DNA from: a virus
Taxonomy: Duplodnaviria > Caudoviricetes
DNA length: 64,000 nt
Virus record (IMG/VR): IMGVR_UViG_2886410390_000001
Span: 11,210-75,209 of that record
Reading direction: 5' to 3' (one strand)
The position numbers and the translations under genes are program-made. How positions within the stretch are numbered: position 1 is the stretch's first letter; every line of letters begins with the position of its first letter. The notes beneath the pieces are model-generated. The model saw nothing but the letters and a program-made list of their open reading frames with translations. It made no database searches and was not told the DNA's origin. Below, one piece after another: positions 28,198-36,642 of this stretch.

Positions 28198-30312
28198 ATG
28201 CGAGCTCGCGAGAGAGAAGGCGTCGGCGGCGTCATCGAGGACGGCACCCCCACCAACCGGACGCCCCGCATCCTCAAGCCGAAGTACCTCGACATCCGCT
28301 GGGCGCACACCGAGGTGCTGCCGGCCCACCTGCTGGTGGGCTTCCAGGTGGCCGTCTTCACCGGCAATGACCCGAACAACACCGACGCCTACCTCGTGGA
28401 GCCGGTGCGGGTGGGGCCTTCCGAGAGGCGCGCGGTGGTGTCGCTGCGGGTGGCCACCACGCAGAATGTCCGCTGTGCCGTCCAGGCCCTCTACTCCAAC
28501 GGCAACCAGAGTAGCTGGCGCGTCCTTGGCGGGGCGGTGGCGACGGACCCGGACACCGTCACCATGGCGGTGCAAGACTTGTCCAACGTCACGGCCGGCG
28601 CGGTGAAGCCGGCGCACCTGGCCGCCGCGGCCGTCACCAGTGACAAGGTGGCTGCCAGCGCCATCGCCACCCAGCACCTGCTGCTGCCGCCGTCGGACAA
28701 CCTCGTGCCCAATGGCTACAGCGAGGCGGGGACGGCGGCGCTGGGTAAGTCGCCAGAGGGTAGCTACCTCGTCAATGACCCGGCCAACGCGCGCGAGGGC
28801 AATTGGTGTCGAAAGCTCCCCCTCGTCGCGGGGGCATACTCGGCCATCGCCTTCGCTGGAGAAATTCCGTGCGCCAGCGGGGACCAGTTCTACGCCGAGG
28901 CGTGGGTGAAGCTTTCCGCGGCGCCCTCCGCGCCGCCTCCGTGGAACCTGTACCTGCGCTTCTTGGACAGGACGGGCGCCCTTGTCGGGTTGCCGCTGAC
29001 GACGCTGAGTACCGTCACCGCCACCTACCAACGCTTTAAGGTGACGGGCACTGCTCCGGCGGGTGCGGTGTCCGTCTCGCTCATCCTCGACACCTCAGGC
29101 ACCCCGAATTCGGTGCCGGCGGCGGACGGAGGGAAGTCCCTCTTCATCGACGCCGTCTCCATGCGGAAAATGGTGACGTTCGACTTGCTGTCGGCCAACA
29201 CCCTCAAGACGAGCAACTACGCGGAGGACGGCAACGGCATCCCGACGGCGGGTGCGAAGCTGGACAACGTGGGCACGGCGCTGAAGGTGGCGTCGGGCAA
29301 CCTCCAGGTGGGCCGCTACCCGCTGGAGGCCATGTTCTACAAGAGCCTCGTCACGCTCGATGGCCCGGGCCCCGGCAACCGCTGCTTCTACCGGGGCAAC
29401 AACAACGGGGCGGTGCGGGGTGGGGCGCCCAATATCGACAGGGTGCGCGTGGAGTGCGCGGACAACATCTCCGGCGCGTCGCTGTCCTGGGCGAAGTGGC
29501 AGCTCTTCCTGGAGCCGCAGTCGCTGGACGACAACTTCGACGGCATGCGCCACGCGCGCGTGGAGTTGTGGGTGCGGCAGACGGCCAACCTGGGCTTTCG
29601 CCACCAGGTGCTCTACGCCCCGCTGGCGGACAGGGTGTACCGGGACGCCGTCGACGCCACGGCCAACAACGCCGGGGCCACTTCCTTCGAGTACATGTAC
29701 GCCGGCAACATCTCCGGGCTGGCCGCCTCCAACGTGTACAACTGGTACCTGCTGGTGTCCGTCGTCAACGTGTATGGGGCGAGCGCCAGCAAGTGGTTCC
29801 TCCCGAGTGCCAGCCGCAACACGGCCTTCGCCTCGCAGTACGCGGCGCCTTTCTCCGGGGCAACGGCCGGTGGAGGTGGAGGTGGAGGAAGCGACGGGGA
29901 CGGGTACTGCCCGGCGCCGTGGGAGCCGATTCTCCTCGCGGAAGGCGGCGAGGTGCCGGCGGACCTGGTGCGCCCCGGCATGCGCGTCCTCACGTGGCAC
30001 GAGGCCTCCCTGAAGCCGGACGTGTACGAGGTGGCCGGTGTCTCCAGTGCGCGGGCGCAGCGCTACCGGCTCGTGCTGGAGGACGGACGCACGGTGGTGG
30101 CCTCGCGGCCGCACCCGCTGTACGCGGAAGGCCGTGGCTGGACGGCACTCGCTGACTTGCGGCCCGGCGACGTCCTCCTGGGCACGCGCCCGGGCCGCGT
30201 CCGGCGGGTGGAGCCGGAAGGGGAGGGCGACGTCGTGAAGCTCTCCGTCCACGGGGCCCGCACCTACCAGGTGAAGGGCCTCCTTTCCCACAACGCCAAG
30301 CAGCGCGAGTAG
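28198..30312 (+). CDS. Receptor-binding tail-tip protein (FN3-like + CBM-like + unique domain) with C-terminal Hint domain
   Basis: Follows gpJ with GAGGA RBS; DNLVPNG carbohydrate-binding-module-like start; poly-Gly linker then Hint. Confidence 0.75.
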   Translation: MRAREREGVGGVIEDGTPTNRTPRILKPKYLDIRWAHTEVLPAHLLVGFQVAVFTGNDPNNTDAYLVEPVRVGPSERRAVVSLRVATTQNVRCAVQALYSNGNQSSWRVLGGAVATDPDTVTMAVQDLSNVTAGAVKPAHLAAAAVTSDKVAASAIATQHLLLPPSDNLVPNGYSEAGTAALGKSPEGSYLVNDPANAREGNWCRKLPLVAGAYSAIAFAGEIPCASGDQFYAEAWVKLSAAPSAPPPWNLYLRFLDRTGALVGLPLTTLSTVTATYQRFKVTGTAPAGAVSVSLILDTSGTPNSVPAADGGKSLFIDAVSMRKMVTFDLLSANTLKTSNYAEDGNGIPTAGAKLDNVGTALKVASGNLQVGRYPLEAMFYKSLVTLDGPGPGNRCFYRGNNNGAVRGGAPNIDRVRVECADNISGASLSWAKWQLFLEPQSLDDNFDGMRHARVELWVRQTANLGFRHQVLYAPLADRVYRDAVDATANNAGATSFEYMYAGNISGLAASNVYNWYLLVSVVNVYGASASKWFLPSASRNTAFASQYAAPFSGATAGGGGGGGSDGDGYCPAPWEPILLAEGGEVPADLVRPGMRVLTWHEASLKPDVYEVAGVSSARAQRYRLVLEDGRTVVASRPHPLYAEGRGWTALADLRPGDVLLGTRPGRVRRVEPEGEGDVVKLSVHGARTYQVKGLLSHNAKQRE
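29908..30294 (+). other. Hint (intein-like) domain 2, 129 aa
   Basis: C-PAPW...LAEG...PG; block B SRPH; ends RTY...LSHN; next residue Ala. Confidence 0.85.
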
Positions 30313-30332
30313 CCCGCGCCAGGAGTCGCCGC

Positions 30333-30866
30333 ATGCCTCTCACCGCTGAAGAGGTGTACCAGCGCAACGCCATGGAGGCCCGGAGGCGCGAGCTGATGAC
30401 GCAGTTGGCCCGAGTTCGCGGTTACCTCGACGCCTCGGCCGCGTCGTCGAAGTACTTCGCGCGCATCAACCAGGACACCCAGGTGCAGCGCGACGAGCTG
30501 GAGCGGCAGTTGCGCGAGCTGGACGCCGGCGGCACCGCGGGCCTCACCGACGACTGGGGGAAGTACTCCGCCCTCGAGCTGGCCGCCCAGGAGGATCGCT
30601 ACGCCGCGAAGGCGGGGTGCTACGACTGGCTGGTGGCGCACCCCATGGCCACGCTGGCGGAGGCCGCCGCGGAGCTGGAGCGCCTCATGCTGGAGGCCCG
30701 CAGTGCGGCGGGCCGGCCCTGGCTGCTCTTGCGTGGCGAGGGCCTCGTGCGTGAGTGGCAGGCCAACGCCTTCGCGCGCGGGCTCATCCCAGAGGACGAC
30801 TGGGCCGTCTTCCGGGACTGGCTCCTCGTCATCGGCAAGGACGCGGCGCTCGGCCGCGCGCTGTGA
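30333..30866 (+). CDS. Hypothetical helical protein (possible tail fibre chaperone/partner)
   Basis: Immediately after RBP; GGAG RBS; phage-like codon usage. Confidence 0.65.
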   Translation: MPLTAEEVYQRNAMEARRRELMTQLARVRGYLDASAASSKYFARINQDTQVQRDELERQLRELDAGGTAGLTDDWGKYSALELAAQEDRYAAKAGCYDWLVAHPMATLAEAAAELERLMLEARSAAGRPWLLLRGEGLVREWQANAFARGLIPEDDWAVFRDWLLVIGKDAALGRAL

Positions 30867-31161
30867 GGCTCCATAGGCTGAATTGGGGCCCGATGAACGG
30901 GGGCAGATCAATGCACCGAGTTGCTGGGGCCGACAGGAGGGCCATTGGCCCAGCACCCTCCATGGGTACCACCAGGACAACATCCGCTGAGATGCCGCGC
31001 GTCACTCGATCCACGCGGCAACCAGGAAGGGCATAGGGTGTTTTCGTTCCAGGGTGTATTAGCCTGCTGGCTATCTGCCGCGTCTGCCCACTTTTCCAGA
31101 GGAAAAACCACAAAGTGCGGGAGAGTCACGGAAGCAGGGGACTCTCGCTACGGGGAAAGAA

Positions 31162-32676
31162 TTACTTTGTGGACATACCCTGTGCCCCAGCCTTGTTCGA
31201 ACCCTTGGTCTTGTCGGTAACTGCCTTTCGCAACTCAACAGGCATGAACATGCCCCTTGGCCATGCCGCAGCGTTCGCGCCCCATCCGATGTATTGATAT
31301 TGATAATAAGGCCCCAGTGGGTGGTCTGGATCAGAACGCAAAAGAAGCAATGGTTTTCGGTTCTCACCAACCTTGATAGTTTCTGATTTACCATCAGTTG
31401 CGACGATGAGGTCACCGCTCACATCTCGCGGAATATTGAACTCGAAAGTATTCCCGAGCGAGACAGGCCAAATCCTGGCCTGTTGGGGTGGCTTTGGCAC
31501 TGTTCCCGTGACGTTGATGGTCCCGCACAAGGCAACAGAAACACTGCGAGAACCTAGTTGCTGACAAGCTCGGACATGTTGAGGTTGTGATACCTCCCAT
31601 GTGAGGCGACCGGGGTCGCCCACGGCGTTCCAACCGCATGAACCATCGTTGTCCCGCGCGCACGTATACTGGGGATTGGTGATAGTCTCGCTGGCGTTGG
31701 TGGTTCTTAACTCAGCACAGACTCTATAGCGCAACCACCTATTATCAACGCAGTCATAGCCTGGTTCTTTTGCTCGGTTGACGGGAAACGTGAACTTGCC
31801 TCCAGTGGACACCTGTTTTATGCAGCGCTCATTGTGAAGATTGAGTGAGTCGACTATTGGCCCGCATGCTCGGTACTGGTTTGTTACACCGGTGGTGGTG
31901 GCGACAACATTGAGAACAACGGTTCCCTCAGGCTTGGGGTTCGGCCGGGTCGCAGATACGACGGAAGTCCCACGACTGTGGTTGATAGCCACAGTGCCAA
32001 CTCTTGATTCGGCATTCCAACTGCAGACGACGGCATTGCCCTCTCCCTCGAAGGATATGGCCGAATTCTGTGGAATTGGGGCCTTCGGGCACGCAAGTCC
32101 CGTGGCATCAATGCTTTGGAAGTTCGGTGCACCTGCATCTGGATTGACGTTCCTATCCCATCTAAATGTCACAGTAACTGTCTCAAGCGTACTGGCCTTT
32201 ACGTTGGCCTTGACAGGCGCTGGGGCTGCGGAATTGTGAGTGGTGGAATAGAGATTCATACACGCCTGCCATGCCTGAAGCGCCTCAGGTGTGGTATAGC
32301 GTTGGAAGATAGAGAGCGAACTGCGCGACGAGACGTAAAGGCCTACATCGCTGCAATACGCCTTATTAGTCACCTGTCGTGCTGTGGATTTCCCGTTTGC
32401 AGCGACATCAATGACCCATACTGACAAGTCTCCATTGCCTTCAACAGCACTAGTCTCGTCGTGAAAATAGTTTTCGCAGGCGATCTTGCGAAAAGCAGTG
32501 TCTGCGTTCTCATTGCTCGTTGCACGAAGTTCATTCGGGAGCAAACTTAGAGCGCAGGCTCTTCCAAATGCCTCTATGTCATCAGCCTCTGCCTCGGCCA
32601 CTATAGGCAGTAGTGTTAAAGTCATAGCCATAAGCAGAGGAAGAAGAACGCCACTTCTCACCACTAAAGTCGGCAT
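31162..32676 (-). CDS. Secreted Cys-rich accessory protein (moron, ~504 aa)
   Basis: Low GC; GGAGG RBS; signal peptide MPTLVVRSGVLLPLLMAMTLTLLPIVAEA. Confidence 0.7.
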   Translation of the reverse strand: MPTLVVRSGVLLPLLMAMTLTLLPIVAEAEADDIEAFGRACALSLLPNELRATSNENADTAFRKIACENYFHDETSAVEGNGDLSVWVIDVAANGKSTARQVTNKAYCSDVGLYVSSRSSLSIFQRYTTPEALQAWQACMNLYSTTHNSAAPAPVKANVKASTLETVTVTFRWDRNVNPDAGAPNFQSIDATGLACPKAPIPQNSAISFEGEGNAVVCSWNAESRVGTVAINHSRGTSVVSATRPNPKPEGTVVLNVVATTTGVTNQYRACGPIVDSLNLHNERCIKQVSTGGKFTFPVNRAKEPGYDCVDNRWLRYRVCAELRTTNASETITNPQYTCARDNDGSCGWNAVGDPGRLTWEVSQPQHVRACQQLGSRSVSVALCGTINVTGTVPKPPQQARIWPVSLGNTFEFNIPRDVSGDLIVATDGKSETIKVGENRKPLLLLRSDPDHPLGPYYQYQYIGWGANAAAWPRGMFMPVELRKAVTDKTKGSNKAGAQGMSTK

Positions 32677-33332
32677 GGATACGCCTCCGTGGGCAGCGAA
32701 AAGACCGCGAACTGCAGTAAGACGCTTCCCTACTCGAAGCGAAAAGTAAAGCCCCCCAAATAGCAGCCAGTGGTTTCCGAGCCAGCAAGCGCATGATGGT
32801 AGAGATCTGAACTCGCGTTCGTCCTCGCCCCGCCCGCGAATAGAGGCGCTCTCTCGGTTCTCATGGCGCCTCCGCGCCGTGCAGCCCGACCAGGAGCCGG
32901 CCGGGGAACCCCAGCACTGATTTTCCCAGTAAGTCTCTGGAACGCCGCCGGGTGAACGCGGGAGAGCGCATCCGGCTCCGACATGTGATCTCAGGACGAG
33001 GGGCGGGAGTAGCTTCAGAAGTGGAGCGATAACAGGGTCCTTGCGGCAGTGACGCATGAAGAGTCGGTGCGGCAGGCGGAGGCGTTGGGCTGGCATGCCA
33101 GGAGCGGGGCCCAGGCATGAAGGGCATGGCGGACCTGCTGCGCCTCTACTGGCTTGCCCTGCACCACGGCTTGGTGGTGCAGGGCGACAACCACGCCCTG
33201 CGCATCAACGTGGACGCGGGCTCGGTGGTGCTGGAAAAGAAGCCGGTCGCGTAGGCTCCCCGGCTGAGGCCACCGGAGGTTTCCTCACGGTTTGGGGTTG
33301 CATCCTCAAAGTTCGAGGTTACTATCTCCGGC

Positions 33333-33650
33333 ATGGACTCTCCAGTGACGGCGAAGGCGGCCATCTTGTCCGTGCTGATGAGCGGCAAGAGCTTCGGCCT
33401 GGAAATCATCGACAAGGTGAAGGAGCGCACGGGCGGGAGCGTCGTGCTCAACGAGGGCAGCGTGTACCCGGCCCTCAAGGCGATGGAACGAGAGGGACTC
33501 CTGCGCAGCTTCGACGGCGAGCCCATGCCAGAACGGGGGGGGCGCCCGCGGCGCTACTACGAACTGACGGGCGAGGGGCGACGCGCAGCGACGGCGCAGC
33601 AGAGGGCCGTGTCGGGGCTCTGGGGGCTGCGGCCGGCGGAGGGGGGCTAG
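33333..33650 (+). CDS. PadR-family transcriptional regulator
   Basis: FGLEII...LNEGSVYPALKAMEREGLL...RPRRYYELTGEG. Confidence 0.9.
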   Translation: MDSPVTAKAAILSVLMSGKSFGLEIIDKVKERTGGSVVLNEGSVYPALKAMEREGLLRSFDGEPMPERGGRPRRYYELTGEGRRAATAQQRAVSGLWGLRPAEGG

Positions 33651-33653
33651 GCA

Positions 33654-34127
33654 ATGACGCAAAGGTCAATAGTGTTGGTTCGGAACCTCGCTGCGCCCTC
33701 CGTGTTTGTCGCGGTGACCGTATTGAGCTACGCCATCACCAGTACGGTGGAAGACCAGGACCTCGTGCGGTCCATCCTCGCGGGGCTCGTGCTCCTTTGT
33801 GGGGCGGTCTTCTCCGTGGTGCAATTGTGGAAGTTCATCGGGCGGGCTCGCTCCATTTCTACCCGAGCAGCAGGCCCACAGACCATCAAGCTGGCAACGA
33901 ATGCTCTCGACGCGCTGGCGGCGATTGTCCCCAGCCGCATCGCCAACGAAGAAATCGGAGATGCTCTGGAATTCATGCTCCGCATGAAGAAGGCAAAGCG
34001 ACCGAAGAGCCTCATCTACGCGAAGGTTGCCACGACGTACGCATATGTCCTCGTTCACACGGGGCTCCACTACGCCGAGCGCATCGCCGGCATCATCGGC
34101 AAGGCGACGGGCGGCAAGGGCGACTGA
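33654..34127 (+). CDS. Membrane protein paired with PadR
   Basis: Two N-terminal TM segments and a C-terminal hydrophobic helix; directly downstream of PadR. Confidence 0.7.
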   Translation: MTQRSIVLVRNLAAPSVFVAVTVLSYAITSTVEDQDLVRSILAGLVLLCGAVFSVVQLWKFIGRARSISTRAAGPQTIKLATNALDALAAIVPSRIANEEIGDALEFMLRMKKAKRPKSLIYAKVATTYAYVLVHTGLHYAERIAGIIGKATGGKGD

Positions 34128-34153
34128 GTAGCCCCGCGCCGTGAGCAACTCCT

Positions 34154-34185
34154 GCGGCCCGCTACCAACTCCGGTGGCGGGCCGC
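34154..34185. terminator. Stem-loop between convergent genes (putative terminator)
   Basis: GCGGCCCGCTACC / GGTGGCGGGCCGC 13-bp stem, one G-T pair, 6-nt loop. Confidence 0.55.
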
Positions 34186-34204
34186 TGCGTTTCAGGGCGT
34201 CCCG

Positions 34205-34414
34205 TCACGCCGCAGCCTGCTGGGCCTCCGCAGGCGCGTCCCGGGCGCCCAGCACCTTGAGGACGAGTTCGTCCATCTCGAGGTGCGCGGCGCGGGCCTG
34301 CTGGTACCTGGTCCGCGCGGCCGGGCTGCCGTCCAGGTTCTGCACGGCCTGCTGCATATCCTCCTCCACCTCTTCCAGGCGCTTCGCGAGCGCCAACCTC
34401 TGCTGGATGTCCAT
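34205..34414 (-). CDS. Small hypothetical coiled-coil protein
   Basis: 69 aa helical ORF with coding-like composition. Confidence 0.5.
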   Translation of the reverse strand: MDIQQRLALAKRLEEVEEDMQQAVQNLDGSPAARTRYQQARAAHLEMDELVLKVLGARDAPAEAQQAAA

Positions 34415-34502
34415 GCCTGCGGCGTAGAGCAGGAGGCGTGCCGCAGGCTTCAGTCCTCACCCGCCGCGTCGAGGTCCATCAGCCCGGACTTGTCCACCGC
34501 GC

Positions 34503-34847
34503 TCAGCGGTCGCCACAGGGCGGGCGGTACCGGAGGCGCAGCGCACGTTCGAGACGCAGCCGCAGCGTTTGCGGCAGGGCCGACGTCGGGGTGTAGTGGA
34601 TGGCCACCCATAGGTTGCCGGTGACGGATACCCGCTCCCAATCCTGCCGCCTGTCATGGTGAGCGTGCCGAGTCCTGGCCTGCCCTGACTCGCCAACGTC
34701 CAGCACGGGCGGCATGGCGAATTGGAACAGGCGCGGCTCTCCATCTAGCACCAGGTACACGCACGCCTCGTCCCGGCAGGCCACATGGTCAAGGGGGAAG
34801 CAGTCGTAGGTCAGCCCGTCCATGGGCACAGTCACAGGACACGTCAT
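34503..34847 (-). CDS. GIY-YIG-like nuclease-fold protein (degenerate)
   Basis: CVYLVL...VLDVGES...R.R..HH...W...LERAL..RYRPPC pattern; AAAGGAG RBS. Confidence 0.45.
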   Translation of the reverse strand: MTCPVTVPMDGLTYDCFPLDHVACRDEACVYLVLDGEPRLFQFAMPPVLDVGESGQARTRHAHHDRRQDWERVSVTGNLWVAIHYTPTSALPQTLRLRLERALRLRYRPPCGDR

Positions 34848-34903
34848 CTCGTTCTCCTTTGAGGCGCCCACCATGGGCGCGACTGCGGCCATCCTCCGGC
34901 GTG

Positions 34904-34994
34904 CCGTGGACATTGTTCAGTGGAGCGCCGGAATCCAACGCAACCATGTGGAAGGACGTCGGTTTCCCCCGTGGAGTCCGTGGACAATTTTCAG
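34904..34994. repeat. Two near-identical 17-bp sites (CCGTGGACA.T.TTCAG), putative operators
   Basis: CCGTGGACATTGTTCAG at 34904-34920 and CCGTGGACAATTTTCAG at 34978-34994 (15/17 identical). Confidence 0.55.
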
Positions 34995-35055
34995 CGGGCC
35001 CGCCAGTGACGGCCGTACGGGACTCGTACCCCACCCGTCCCACAGCCCCACCTGC

Positions 35056-35271
35056 CTATTCTTCCAGGGGCTCCCGGTCTGCCAGGCAACTGCGGCACCG
35101 CCCTCGCGTGCCGAGGTAGCGCTCAGGCGTCACCCGGCTGCCGCAGTGCGGGCAGGGCCCTGGCGTGTGCGGGTGCCATGGGTTGAGGCAGCGGATGTGG
35201 CTGCCTCCGCCCAGGTAGCGCGTCTCCTCCAACGGGAATCCATCCTCCGGACATCGGCCAGCTCGGCTCAT
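35056..35271 (-). CDS. Small zinc-ribbon protein
   Basis: CPEDG, CLNPWH, CPHC, CRSC; AAGGAG RBS. Confidence 0.5.
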   Translation of the reverse strand: MSRAGRCPEDGFPLEETRYLGGGSHIRCLNPWHPHTPGPCPHCGSRVTPERYLGTRGRCRSCLADREPLEE

Positions 35272-35502
35272 CGTCGTCTCCTTGCCCAGATTGGGCTGCG
35301 GTTTCAGAAGAGAAGGAGCGGCCACGGGCCGGCACCGCTCCATGCTCAGGACGGTGTTGGAGTGCGCTGAAATGAGTCAAGGCGGGGCCGTCCCAGCGGT
35401 GACAATGGCACTGGAGGCCCCGTAAAGCGGGCCCGGACGCCGTCCTCGCCTGCCGTGACGATGCGGCGGCATGAGCGCCCCCATCCATGCGCGGTGCGTC
35501 CC

Positions 35503-35889
35503 GTGACGCCCACCCCCGAAGTCGCCATCCTCTTCTTGGCGGTGAGCCAGCTCATCGTGCCGCTGCTGAACGGGCTCCTGGCCCGCCGAGCGACGAAGCA
35601 CGAGAGCGCGGTGGACCAGGTGCCCCTGCTGGTGGAGCGCATCGGGACCGTCGCGGCGGACGTGAAGGACATCAAGGCGGACCTGCGGCGCGTAGCCGAG
35701 CACGAACTGCTGCTGCGCGAGGTGGACCTGCGCCTGAAGGCCTTGGAGTCGTGGCAGATGGAGGCCCGTCCTCAGCTCGCCCGGGCCGCGAGCGATGCAC
35801 ATCTGCTGATGGGCGAGCGCAGCGCCCGGCAGATGCAGCACGCCGCCAACGTAGTGGCCGCGCGCGACACCGGCCGCGACGGCACCTGA
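35503..35889 (+). CDS. Holin-like/XhlA-like single-TM coiled-coil protein
   Basis: N-terminal TM (AILFLAVSQLIVPLLNGLL) plus coiled coil; start of lysis region. Confidence 0.5.
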   Translation: MTPTPEVAILFLAVSQLIVPLLNGLLARRATKHESAVDQVPLLVERIGTVAADVKDIKADLRRVAEHELLLREVDLRLKALESWQMEARPQLARAASDAHLLMGERSARQMQHAANVVAARDTGRDGT

Positions 35890-35945
35890 GCTTCACCGCC
35901 GTGCGCTCGGCGCCGGCTCCACCCGCAGCACCCTACGAGGCACCC

Positions 35946-36602
35946 GTGCCGAAGACGATGTCCCGAGACGAGTTGCTGGCGAAGTTCCGTGTTCAGGTCC
36001 GAGAGGAGATGGCCCACGGCCATACGCACAAGGCCAACGTCGCCATTGCCCTGCGCCATTACGTCCACCCCAGCGGGTACGACCTCGCCTTCGACCTCAT
36101 GCGCATCTGCGCGGAAGAGACGGGCGACGTGCTGACGCCGGACGGCGTCTGGGAGTACGGCGCCCGCAGCGAGCTGTGGCTGCCCAAGGCGTTGCAGCTC
36201 CGCCAGCAGGCGTCCGCGCCCCTTCTCCCGGGCGCTGTCACCTCGAAGCACCAGGAGAACCCGATGAGCGGACCTCGGGACCCGAAGCGCGCAGGCTTCC
36301 TCGGCTTCACGAAATACAACGACGTGCCCGGGCCGCATGGCCCCTGGAAGACGTTCGACGGGCGGGACGTGCCCGGCTGGGACGCGGTGGGGCCGCTGAC
36401 GCAGGCGCGCTGGGTGGCGGCCGGCGAGGCCGAGCGGGACGTGGCCTTCAGCATCGCCGGGCACGCCGCGGTGCAGGCGCTGGAGATGGCCGGCATCACC
36501 GACGAGGAGACGCTCAACCGGGTGCAGGTGGCCATCCTCCGGCACCAGTCGACCAGCATCTCCCCGCCGGACCCGCTGCCCCCTGGCGCCGTCATCGGCT
36601 GA
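35946..36602 (+). CDS. Hypothetical phage protein in lysis region
   Basis: GC3-rich coding frame between holin-like gene and endolysin. Confidence 0.55.
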   Translation: MPKTMSRDELLAKFRVQVREEMAHGHTHKANVAIALRHYVHPSGYDLAFDLMRICAEETGDVLTPDGVWEYGARSELWLPKALQLRQQASAPLLPGAVTSKHQENPMSGPRDPKRAGFLGFTKYNDVPGPHGPWKTFDGRDVPGWDAVGPLTQARWVAAGEAERDVAFSIAGHAAVQALEMAGITDEETLNRVQVAILRHQSTSISPPDPLPPGAVIG

Positions 36603-36642
36603 GTCGGCCGCTCTCCACGACAACCGTCAGTCCGGAGTCCCC

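Noticed and set aside
3242-28382. Long antisense ORFs (e.g. 3242-5095, 6186-8522, 12650-14260, 15050-18301, 25596-28382)
   Set aside because: Shadow ORFs of high-GC3 sense genes; Arg/Gly/Ala/His-rich translations with no motifs.
25265-30294. Hint domains as canonical self-splicing inteins or mobile homing inteins
   Set aside because: No endonuclease insert, +1 residues are Val/Ala rather than Cys/Ser/Thr, and the C-terminal remainders are only 5-11 aa.
28198-30312. Diversity-generating retroelement targeting the receptor-binding protein
   Set aside because: No reverse transcriptase ORF and no TR/VR repeat pair with adenine-specific mismatches seen.
32677-33096. Upstream extension of the 644-aa ORF (and similar extensions at 797, 4843, 9168, 23675, 23784)
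   Set aside because: Better RBS-supported internal starts exist and the extensions look non-coding or overlap other genes.
34904-34920. LexA box at the 17-bp repeats
   Set aside because: Only one half-site matches and the spacer is 3 bp instead of 4; kept as unassigned operator-like repeats.
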